A stretch of DNA of 64,000 nt, taken from Alphaproteobacteria bacterium (GTDB taxonomy: Bacteria > Pseudomonadota > Alphaproteobacteria > WRAU01 > Hepatincolaceae). Made by a program: the position numbers and the translations under genes. Numbering within the stretch: the first letter of the stretch is position 1; every line of letters starts with the position of its first letter. The notes beneath the pieces were generated by a model. It was not told where the DNA came from, searched no databases, and saw only the letters and a program-made list of their open reading frames with translations. The stretch is taken from NCBI GenBank assembly GCA_031274895.1, contig JAISPM010000021.1, positions 141 to 64,140 on the forward strand. The letters are read 5' to 3'. Below, one piece after another: positions 26,646 through 34,868 of the stretch.

Positions 26646-27557
26646 TTAGTATATCTCGTATTCTTCAAAATCTTCATTATTTTGGTTTTTGAGATTATTA
26701 TCCTTATATTTCGCCAACATACACAACAGAGAATGCTTTTTTATATTTAAATTTTCTAAATTTAACGCATTTTTTGAAGTTTTTTTAGCGGCTTTTATAA
26801 AATACAGATATTTCCTGCTGAATCCATTCAGCTTTTTCTTATAAATAAAAGATAATAAACATATACCTAACCAAGAAATAGAAGATATTTCATGTAGTTG
26901 TTTGCTATCAATTATAACACTATCATTTACATAGTCAATATTTGTGCTACTGTAATTACCAATTTCAAAATTTGTTCCTGCGTAATTATTATTTTCCATA
27001 ATGGCTAGTATAGCATCAACTAAATCGTCTCTATCCACATAGGAAAAATTTTCTTTATAGTTAAAAATTTTATTGGAAATGTTGTATAGCTCTTCAATAT
27101 CTTGAATTAGGCTATCAGTAGGTGAGAAAATGACAGGTGTTGCTAAGGAAATATAATTATCAAAATGTTCCCTAGAATAGCTTTCACATTTTTTAATTTC
27201 CTTATAAAAAGATTTCACAAGATTATCTTTAATAAGTGGTGTAATATCAATTAATTTTGCATTTTTATTGATATTTTTTATGATATTTCTATAAAATTTA
27301 AGGTTTTTCTTAATTTTTTTGATATTATTCGGCGAAACCATAAAAGTGGTATTAATCACCACCTCTGCATTTGCTAAAACATCTGCCTCATGCACATTAA
27401 AATAATTCACCCGCTTGAGCGTATCTTTAATAATACTTGTAGGCGGAGCATACAGCACAATATCAACACAACAATTTTGCTCCAAAAGGTTTGCCACCAA
27501 TTTATTTAAGATTGGTTCGCCATTGCCGATAATAACCACATGTTTTTTTATAAACAT
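26646..27557 (-). CDS. Hypothetical protein with an N-terminal Rossmann-like segment (degenerate NAD(P)-binding/epimerase-like)
   Basis: VVIIGNGEPILNKLV at the N-terminus. The gene is very AT-rich and has no firm motif. Confidence 0.3.
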   Translation of the reverse strand: MFIKKHVVIIGNGEPILNKLVANLLEQNCCVDIVLYAPPTSIIKDTLKRVNYFNVHEADVLANAEVVINTTFMVSPNNIKKIKKNLKFYRNIIKNINKNAKLIDITPLIKDNLVKSFYKEIKKCESYSREHFDNYISLATPVIFSPTDSLIQDIEELYNISNKIFNYKENFSYVDRDDLVDAILAIMENNNYAGTNFEIGNYSSTNIDYVNDSVIIDSKQLHEISSISWLGICLLSFIYKKKLNGFSRKYLYFIKAAKKTSKNALNLENLNIKKHSLLCMLAKYKDNNLKNQNNEDFEEYEIY

Positions 27558-27635
27558 CTTTTTTGATTCATATTTAATTAAAATATATACTATAATATAA
27601 CTACAATTTTGTAATTAAACAAAGGTTAAAATTAA

Positions 27636-28265
27636 ATGCAAGAAATTAAAATCCTGTTTCATAAAAACGATTTACCATCTGCTGACATTATAGTTGGTAA
27701 AAGTATTGCCATAGATACGGAAACCATGGGGTTAGAGCTATCCCGCGACAGATTATGTTTATTGCAGTTAAAAGACGAAAGCAATACCATTCACCTAATT
27801 CAGTTTGAACGCGGTAAATACAATTGCCCTAATTTAAAAAAAATCCTCAACAACAAAGAGATCAATAAAATTTTCCATTATGCCCGCTTTGATGTGCTGG
27901 CGATTTATACCTATTTAGGAATTTTATGCGAAAATATTTTCTGCACGAAAATTGCCTCTAAATTAGCAAGAACCTATTCAAGTAAACACGGTTTAAAAGA
28001 ACTTTGTAAAGAGCTGTTAAACGTAGAGTTGCAAAAAGAACAACAAAGCTCCAACTGGGGCGCGGCAGAAATTAACACCAAGCAACAAGCCTATGCTGCG
28101 GACGATGTTCTATATTTGCACGAGTTAAAAGAAAAATTGACTGCAATGCTAAAGCAAGAAAATCGCTTGAGTATTGCTACCTCTTGTTTCAACTTTTTAC
28201 CGACACGAGTTGTGCTAGATGCCCTACGTTTTAACGATGAAGCCAACGATATTTTCAAACATTAG
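27636..28265 (+). CDS. 3'-5' exonuclease (DEDDy, RNase D-like catalytic domain only)
   Basis: IAIDTETMGL (Exo I), FHYARFDV (Exo II) and YAADDVLYLHEL (Exo III) motifs. Confidence 0.75.
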   Translation: MQEIKILFHKNDLPSADIIVGKSIAIDTETMGLELSRDRLCLLQLKDESNTIHLIQFERGKYNCPNLKKILNNKEINKIFHYARFDVLAIYTYLGILCENIFCTKIASKLARTYSSKHGLKELCKELLNVELQKEQQSSNWGAAEINTKQQAYAADDVLYLHELKEKLTAMLKQENRLSIATSCFNFLPTRVVLDALRFNDEANDIFKH

Positions 28266-28274
28266 AGTGCTACA

Positions 28275-29234
28275 ATGACTGAAGAACAAATTTTAAATTT
28301 AGGTAAAAAAATAATTCAAACCGAGCTTAATGGTATTGCGCTGTTAAAGGAGAATTTATCCTCAGACTTCGCTACAGTGTGTAATTTATTATTGCACAAT
28401 AAAGGCAGAGTTATTATTACGGGCATGGGCAAATCGGGGCATATCGGTGCAAAAATTGCTGCTACCTTGGCTTCCACAGGCACATCAGCCTTGTTTGTGC
28501 ATCCTGCCGAGGCACTCCATGGCGATTTAGGCATGATAGAAAAAAGTGATATTGTAATTGCCCTTTCAAACTCAGGTAATACTGTAGAATTACAAGGTAT
28601 AATTAACTACACACAACGCTTTAACATTCCGCTTATCGCCATTACTTCTAATGCTAACAGCGAACTTGGTAAAAACTCTAAATATTGCTTAACTCTTCCG
28701 CGCGCAGAAGAGGCATGTAGTTTAGGCTTAGCGCCAACCACATCCACTACTAATACTTTAATTTTAGGCGATGCCATTGCCATAACATTACTGGAAATGA
28801 AAGGCTTTTCCGCGGAAGATTTCAGAGTATTCCATCCCGGTGGTAGTTTAGGCTCTAAACTATTAAAAGTAGCCGATATTATGCACACCGGTATGTCGAT
28901 TCCTTTGGTGGAAGAGGGCGCAAGTATGGAGAATGCCATAATAACCATTACATCCCATAGTTTTGGTTGCGTCGGTATAACTAACACAAGTGGTGAAATT
29001 ATAGGAATTATCACCGATGGTGATATCCGTCGCCATATGTCTACCGACTTTTTAGCGAAAAAAGTTGACGATGTTATGACTAAAAATTTCGTATCTATTA
29101 CAAAAGATACCAATACCTCTAAAGCCCTTTTGCAGATGGAAAACAGCAAAATTACTAGCCTTTTTGTTATTGAAAATAAAAAACCGATGGGGATAATTCA
29201 TATCCATGATTTACTAAAACTTGGAGTAATGTAG
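28275..29234 (+). CDS. kdsD: Arabinose-5-phosphate isomerase KdsD/KpsF (SIS + 2 CBS)
   Basis: ITGMGKSGHIG SIS motif and a C-terminal CBS pair. Confidence 0.85.
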   Translation: MTEEQILNLGKKIIQTELNGIALLKENLSSDFATVCNLLLHNKGRVIITGMGKSGHIGAKIAATLASTGTSALFVHPAEALHGDLGMIEKSDIVIALSNSGNTVELQGIINYTQRFNIPLIAITSNANSELGKNSKYCLTLPRAEEACSLGLAPTTSTTNTLILGDAIAITLLEMKGFSAEDFRVFHPGGSLGSKLLKVADIMHTGMSIPLVEEGASMENAIITITSHSFGCVGITNTSGEIIGIITDGDIRRHMSTDFLAKKVDDVMTKNFVSITKDTNTSKALLQMENSKITSLFVIENKKPMGIIHIHDLLKLGVM

Positions 29235-29236
29235 TT

Positions 29237-30622
29237 TTGGAAAATCCACAACAAGAGCATAAAAAATATTTAGCACGAAAAAAACTTATAGGTCGCGGCT
29301 TAAAAATTTTTTTGGTAGCAATTATTCTAATCTTAGTTGTTTATATGAGTATAAACCTGTTTTTAGGCAAGGGCAGAGCGTTATTTTTTAATTTAATCGC
29401 CTCTAATTTATTAAATATAGAGGTTAAACCGGCTATTATTGCAGGGATTACCGAAAGTGGTTTAAAATATAATATTACATCTGAAACCATAGAAAATTAC
29501 ATCTCCAGCTTTTTTTACAAAAACAATATAGATTTTTCTAAACCGATTATTAAGTTAGAACTAAATGATGGTAATGTTGTTAATATCAGTTCAAAGTCAG
29601 GACAGTTTGATGAAGCTAAAAATGTATTTTTCTTAAAAGATAGGGTGGAATTACTAAGCAGCGATGGCGCATTTTTAGAATCCTCTTTAATTACCCTAAA
29701 CATTAGCAAGGGCGAAATTTACACCAATGAGAAAACCACTGCTAGAGACGGTAATAATTTTTTATATTCTAAAGGATTTCTTTTAGCTAATAATTTTAAT
29801 CATTTAACTGTTTTTGGTCCGATTGTGGTGTCAGACACCAAAATTACCGAAGAAAATCTTTATAAATATAATATTTTTAACGAAATTTATTTTCAAACCA
29901 GCGGAAATATTTTTATTGATAATATTAAAAGAACCGCCTCCACCGATAATCCTTTCTTTGGGTTTAGAAGTGCTATAAAATATTCTGCGGATTCCTTTAA
30001 GGTTAATTACATTAATATTGATAGATTTAAAAATTCTAAAAATGTGCTGGATAATTTTTCTCGCATTGAAATGGCTGATAATGTTAAAGTTTATAACAAT
30101 AAAAACCATGGCACATTGCGAGGCGATAAATATATTTACGATGTTTTAAAACAAATTATGATATTGACATCTAAAGGTTTAACCACCTATGAAGATGATA
30201 ATTATATTTTCAGCGTGAACGATAGGCTGGAATTTAATGTTGCTAAAAATACGGCGGTGGCAAGAGGTAATCCGCATTTAAGCACTAAAAGTGATGCGGA
30301 TAAAAAATTCGATATCACCGCACGCTTGGCTTATGCTAAACTGGAACCAATTACTTACAATATTTTATATGCGGAAATTTTTGATAATATCGTGGTGAGG
30401 TCTTATGATGATTCTACGATTTATGCCGATTACGGTTATTTAGACTACGTGGAAAATATTTTATACTTGGAAGATAATATAAAAATTCAGGATTCTCAAA
30501 ATAATGTTATAGAGGGTTGTAAGCTGATTTTAGATATTGTAAGTGGCAAAACCCGTCTAATAAAATGTGATGACCAAAGCGGATTCCAAGCAACAATTAA
30601 TAGAAGCAAGGCACCAAACTAA
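29237..30622 (+). CDS. LptC/LptA-like (OstA-type) LPS transport protein, apparently one long ORF (TTG start)
   Basis: An N-terminal membrane anchor is followed by repetitive beta-rich sequence. Its position between kdsD and lptB is where lptC and lptA normally sit. Confidence 0.5.
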   Translation: MENPQQEHKKYLARKKLIGRGLKIFLVAIILILVVYMSINLFLGKGRALFFNLIASNLLNIEVKPAIIAGITESGLKYNITSETIENYISSFFYKNNIDFSKPIIKLELNDGNVVNISSKSGQFDEAKNVFFLKDRVELLSSDGAFLESSLITLNISKGEIYTNEKTTARDGNNFLYSKGFLLANNFNHLTVFGPIVVSDTKITEENLYKYNIFNEIYFQTSGNIFIDNIKRTASTDNPFFGFRSAIKYSADSFKVNYINIDRFKNSKNVLDNFSRIEMADNVKVYNNKNHGTLRGDKYIYDVLKQIMILTSKGLTTYEDDNYIFSVNDRLEFNVAKNTAVARGNPHLSTKSDADKKFDITARLAYAKLEPITYNILYAEIFDNIVVRSYDDSTIYADYGYLDYVENILYLEDNIKIQDSQNNVIEGCKLILDIVSGKTRLIKCDDQSGFQATINRSKAPN

Positions 30623-31345
30623 ATGGAAAAAAGACAAATAATTATTGAGGGCATTAAGAAAAGTTTTGGCAAGCGGCAAATTCTTCGCGGCATAGATGCC
30701 CAATTAGATAATACGGAAGTGGTAGGCTTGCTGGGACCAAACGGTTCAGGTAAAACTACTTTGTTTTATATTATTGCAGGGTTATTGTATCCTGATAGCG
30801 GCAGAGTTTTACTAGACGGCTTTGATATTAAAGAATATCCCATGTATAAAAGGGCTAGACTGGGTATTGGCTATTTGCCGCAGGATGTTTCCATTTTCCG
30901 CGGCATGACCGTGGAGCAGAACATTGATACCATTCTGCAAATTTACTATAAAGATAAAAAAGAAAGGCTGGCAAAGCTGGATAAGATTATAGAAGATTTT
31001 TCAATTTCGCATATTCGCAGGTCTTCGGCACTTTCTTTAAGCGGTGGTGAGCGTAGAAGGGTAGAAATTGCCAGAACCATCGCCAGCAGCCCGAGTTTTG
31101 TATTGTTTGATGAACCTTTTGCCGGGGTAGATCCTATCGCCGTGGGCGACCTGCGCGATTTAATTATTTCGCTGAAAAAACAAAATATCGGGGTGTTAAT
31201 TACCGACCATAACGTGATAGAAACTCTTAATATCGTAGATAGAGCCTACATTCTGCATGATGGCAAAATTATTTTCCAAGGCAATCGCGAAGAAATTATT
31301 TCGCATCCTGAAGTGAGACGGGTTTACTTGGGGAATAGTTATTAA
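30623..31345 (+). CDS. lptB: LPS export ABC transporter ATPase LptB
   Basis: GPNGSGKTT, LSGGERRRVEIAR, LFDEPFAGVDP and C-terminal EVRRVYLG. Confidence 0.9.
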   Translation: MEKRQIIIEGIKKSFGKRQILRGIDAQLDNTEVVGLLGPNGSGKTTLFYIIAGLLYPDSGRVLLDGFDIKEYPMYKRARLGIGYLPQDVSIFRGMTVEQNIDTILQIYYKDKKERLAKLDKIIEDFSISHIRRSSALSLSGGERRRVEIARTIASSPSFVLFDEPFAGVDPIAVGDLRDLIISLKKQNIGVLITDHNVIETLNIVDRAYILHDGKIIFQGNREEIISHPEVRRVYLGNSY

Positions 31346-31359
31346 AACTTTTCATACTA

Positions 31360-31641
31360 TTATATGAGACGTTTTTCCACATTGTAAATTTTATAAAATC
31401 TTTTAAAGGTTTGGCGTATCCCATTAATTTTTCTATTTTTGTCGGATATTTGCTTATAGTGATTATCTATTAGTTCATGCAATGGGGAGGATTCTTCAAT
31501 GGAATCTTTAATTTTCAGTAATAAATTGTCATAATGCTTAGTAATTTCAGAAGAAGTGTATAAAAGATTATTGAATTGTTGCTTTATATCGTAATGTTCT
31601 AATTCGGGTTTTTTATTTGAATCCATTTGATATTCTCTCAT
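31360..31641 (-). CDS. Hypothetical small helical protein (93 aa)
   Basis: ORF only, with no recognisable motif. It is preceded by a long structured leader. Confidence 0.35.
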   Translation of the reverse strand: MREYQMDSNKKPELEHYDIKQQFNNLLYTSSEITKHYDNLLLKIKDSIEESSPLHELIDNHYKQISDKNRKINGIRQTFKRFYKIYNVEKRLI

Positions 31642-31876
31642 TTATAATTATACTCAGAGCGGGAGATAGAAACTCTCACAACCGAAAGAGCGAGATTATT
31701 TCCCCAAGGGGTGTTGTATTCTCTGCTCTCCCGCCCATATATAAATATACGAGAAAACATATATTAACTTATGCTAATATATGCCGGTCATGATAGGGTT
31801 TCTAGCCCATAATTAATTATTCAATAATTCCACTTTATTGTCAATTTATTTTAGTTAAAACTTACTAGTATTTTTA

Positions 31877-31905
31877 TTGCAATTTGTTGCAAAAAGCAGT
31901 ATAAT
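31877..31905 (+). promoter_or_regulatory. Sigma70-type promoter with a tandem TTGCAA operator-like repeat upstream of the TA module
   Basis: TTGCAA (31877-82), a 17-nt spacer, then TATAAT (31900-05). A second self-complementary TTGCAA at 31887-92 lies inside the spacer. Confidence 0.55.
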
Positions 31906-31936
31906 ATCTAAACATTATAAATAAGAGGTTTTTATT

Positions 31937-32185
31937 ATGAATTATAAATCAGTCCGTTTACCCGCAGATTTTGTAGAAGAAATAAAAGAACAAGCTGACA
32001 GAGAATTTAGAACTGTTCCGCAACAAATCCAATATTGGACAGAACTTGGCAGAAAAAAAGCACTAAGAGAATGGCAATTACAACAAATGCAAGAAGGGTT
32101 AGATGAAATAGAAAGAGGGGAAGTTGTTTCACATGAAGAGGCTATGAAAGAAATTCAAGCCATTTTAGCCGAATTTAAGGATTAA
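31937..32185 (+). CDS. Type II antitoxin (ParD-like / RelB-type)
   Basis: N-terminal VRLPADFVEEIKEQADREFRTVPQQIQYW resembles ParD-like antitoxins. It lies immediately upstream of a ParE/RelE toxin. Confidence 0.7.
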   Translation: MNYKSVRLPADFVEEIKEQADREFRTVPQQIQYWTELGRKKALREWQLQQMQEGLDEIERGEVVSHEEAMKEIQAILAEFKD

Positions 32186-32189
32186 TGAT

Positions 32190-32471
32190 ATGTGTAAGGT
32201 TATTTGGTCTAAAAGGGCAATCGCTCAATATGGAGGTAGTGTTAGGTGGTATGGAAAACAAGGAGGAGTTTCTCTGGCGAATAACTTTGAACAACATATA
32301 GGTAGTTGTCTTAGTATATTAGCAAGGAATCCTTACATGGCAAGGCAAGTGGAGGGGAAGCCAAAACTTAGAGAATATGTGGTGCAGAAGTATCCATTTA
32401 TAATCTCTTATTATGTTGAAAATGATAACATTAATATTGCATCCTTTTTACACCAAAGCAGGGATAAATGA
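32190..32471 (+). CDS. parE: Type II toxin, RelE/ParE family
   Basis: 93 aa. The VIWSKRAIAQY... and ...REYVVQKYPFIISYYVENDNINIASFLHQSRD pattern is typical of the ParE_toxin family. Confidence 0.75.
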   Translation: MCKVIWSKRAIAQYGGSVRWYGKQGGVSLANNFEQHIGSCLSILARNPYMARQVEGKPKLREYVVQKYPFIISYYVENDNINIASFLHQSRDK

Positions 32472-33391
32472 ATATCTATACCCTAACCCTAAACCCTGCG
32501 GTTGATTATTTTTTACATGTGGATAATCTCAAAGAGGGAAACCTTAATTTAGCCACCTACAGCAATATATTGGTAGGAGGCAAGGGACTTAATGTCTCTA
32601 CTGTGTTAGCTAACTTAAGCGTTGCCAATACCGCCACAGGATTTATCGGTGGTGAAGTTGGTGATATGATTCTACGCAACTTATCAGGGCGGGGCATTAA
32701 AACCGATTTCATTAAAGTTGCAGGTAATACCCGAATTAATCTTAAACTTTATAATCAAAATACGTCCATAGAAACTGAAATTGCCGGAGTATCTCCTAAA
32801 ATTTCAGAAGAAAAAGCAGCAGATCTTATAAATAAAATTGTTGATACTGTCCGGTCAGAAGATATTTTAGTGTTGGCAGGATCAATCCCTAATAGCATTT
32901 CGCAACATATTTATAAAAGCATTGCCGAACAACTGTCTGCTGGTGTCAAAATTATTTTAGATACCAGAGGTAATTGTCTGCGAGAAAATCTCCACAATAA
33001 TTTTCTAATCAAACCAAACAAAAGAGAATTAGAAGAAATGTTTGGGTGCAATCTTAATTCTACTGAAGAAATAATAGAAACCTGCGCTTATTTTTTTGAA
33101 AATGGTGCGCAGAATGTTATAGTCTCCCTTGGGGGAGAGGGTTCACTGTGTCTTAATAACAAAGGTGTCTACAAGGCGAATCCTATTAAATTAAATGTTA
33201 AAAATACTGTCGGAGCAGGAGATTCCATGGTAGCAGGCTTTATTTATGGCGTATCGCAAAATAAAACCTTAGAAGACTGCTACAAACTGGCAGTATCTGC
33301 TTCCTTAGCTACCATTGCAGGAGAAGGTCTTGCCACACAAGATGGCATAAATAATTTTTATAATCAAGTTAATATTCAACAAATAAAATAG
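32468..33391 (+). CDS. fruK: 1-phosphofructokinase (PfkB family)
   Basis: TLNPAVDY, GGKGLNVS and TVGAGDSMVAGF motifs. It lies upstream of fruA. The ATG overlaps the parE TGA. Confidence 0.85.
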   Translation: MNIYTLTLNPAVDYFLHVDNLKEGNLNLATYSNILVGGKGLNVSTVLANLSVANTATGFIGGEVGDMILRNLSGRGIKTDFIKVAGNTRINLKLYNQNTSIETEIAGVSPKISEEKAADLINKIVDTVRSEDILVLAGSIPNSISQHIYKSIAEQLSAGVKIILDTRGNCLRENLHNNFLIKPNKRELEEMFGCNLNSTEEIIETCAYFFENGAQNVIVSLGGEGSLCLNNKGVYKANPIKLNVKNTVGAGDSMVAGFIYGVSQNKTLEDCYKLAVSASLATIAGEGLATQDGINNFYNQVNIQQIK

Positions 33392-33401
33392 AGGAATTTA
33401 C

Positions 33402-34793
33402 ATGAGTGAAACTAAAGAATTTATTGTCGCCGTAACCGCCTGTCCCACGGGTATTGCCCATACCTACATGGCAGCCGAAGCCTTAAAAATTGCCGCTAAA
33501 AAGCTGAATGTGGATATTAAGATAGAAACCAACGGTGCAAGTGGTGTTGATAATCCGCTCACTAAAGAAGACATCAAGCAAGCCAAGGGCGTGATTTTAG
33601 CCATAAATCGTAATGTGGAAACCGCCAGATTTAACGGCAAACAATTAATTCAAGTGGGTGCAGGCGAGGCAATCAGACAGGCGGAAGATTTAATAAAATC
33701 TATCCTCAACGGCAAGGGAGTTGTTTATAAAGAAGCAGCCACTGCAGAATCCTCAGTGCAAACAGTAGGTAGTGGCTTTTATAAACACCTTATGAGTGGT
33801 GTTTCGTATATGTTGCCGTTTGTAATTGCCGGTGGAATATTAATTGCCCTAGCCTTCGTGATAGATAAACTCAGTGGTGTAGAAGCAGGTGGAGGACTTG
33901 GCAGCACCACAGAATTCGCCAAAATGTTTATGAATATTGGTGGCACGGCGTTTGGATTTTTTGTGCCAATTTTAGCAGCCTTTATTGCCTTTAGTATTGG
34001 GAATCGCGCGGCATTAGTTAGTGGATTCGTAGGTGGTGGCTTAGCACTTTCAGGTGGTTCAGGATTTTTAGGAGCCATTATTGCGGGCTTTTTAGCAGGA
34101 TACATCACATTATGGTTAATTAAAGCCTTAGCCAACTTACCAAAAAGTTTAGATGGTATTAAGGCGATTCTTTTCTACCCTGTGCTAAGTGTTTTATTTG
34201 TTGGTTTATTAATGTTAATTATTAATATCCCTATGAAATTTATTAACGAAGGCATGATATATTGGCTCAACAGCTTAGGCGATACCAACAGAATTATTTT
34301 AGGATTAATTCTTGGCGGTATGATGGCGGTTGATATGGGCGGACCAATCAATAAAGCTGCTTATGTATTTGGCGTGGCAAGTTTAGCAGGAGCAGAAAGC
34401 ATAGGCGGTTCGCATGTGATGGCGGCGGTAATGGCAGGCGGTATGACACCACCTTTAGGCATTGCCTTGGCAACAACCTTTGTTAAAGGGAAATTTTCTG
34501 AAAGTGAGCGCGAGGCAGGAAAATCTAACTACGTAATGGGCTTGAGCTTTATTACCGAAGGTGCAATTCCTTTTGCCGCCACCGACCCGCTTAGAATTAT
34601 CCCATGTTTTGTGGCAGGTAGTGCTGCGGCAGGTGCATTAAGTATGCTGTTTAATATCGGTCTACCTGCTCCCCACGGCGGCATTGTGGTAATGTTTTTA
34701 TCAACCAACCCTTGGCTTTATATGTTGGCTGTGTTGATTGGTTCAATAATTACTGCAGGACTTGTTGGAATTTTCAAACGCAAAAGCGTTTAA
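33402..34793 (+). CDS. fruA: PTS fructose transporter subunit IIBC
   Basis: IIB motif VAVTACPTGIAHTYMAAEAL followed by a polytopic IIC domain. No IIA/FPr is present in the window. Confidence 0.85.
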   Translation: MSETKEFIVAVTACPTGIAHTYMAAEALKIAAKKLNVDIKIETNGASGVDNPLTKEDIKQAKGVILAINRNVETARFNGKQLIQVGAGEAIRQAEDLIKSILNGKGVVYKEAATAESSVQTVGSGFYKHLMSGVSYMLPFVIAGGILIALAFVIDKLSGVEAGGGLGSTTEFAKMFMNIGGTAFGFFVPILAAFIAFSIGNRAALVSGFVGGGLALSGGSGFLGAIIAGFLAGYITLWLIKALANLPKSLDGIKAILFYPVLSVLFVGLLMLIINIPMKFINEGMIYWLNSLGDTNRIILGLILGGMMAVDMGGPINKAAYVFGVASLAGAESIGGSHVMAAVMAGGMTPPLGIALATTFVKGKFSESEREAGKSNYVMGLSFITEGAIPFAATDPLRIIPCFVAGSAAAGALSMLFNIGLPAPHGGIVVMFLSTNPWLYMLAVLIGSIITAGLVGIFKRKSV

Positions 34794-34806
34794 AATTCTC
34801 CTGACC

Positions 34807-34866
34807 CTCCAAATTCCCCTTCGCTAGCGAAGGGGGCCTTGCCTTAGGTAAGACGGGGTAGTGGTA
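34807..34866. repeat. Type-A repeat, half copy A5 (forward)
   Basis: ctccaaattccccttcgctagcgaagggggccttgccttaggtaagacggggtagtggta, located between convergent fruA and the SIR2-TPR gene. Confidence 0.85.
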
Positions 34867-34868
34867 TT

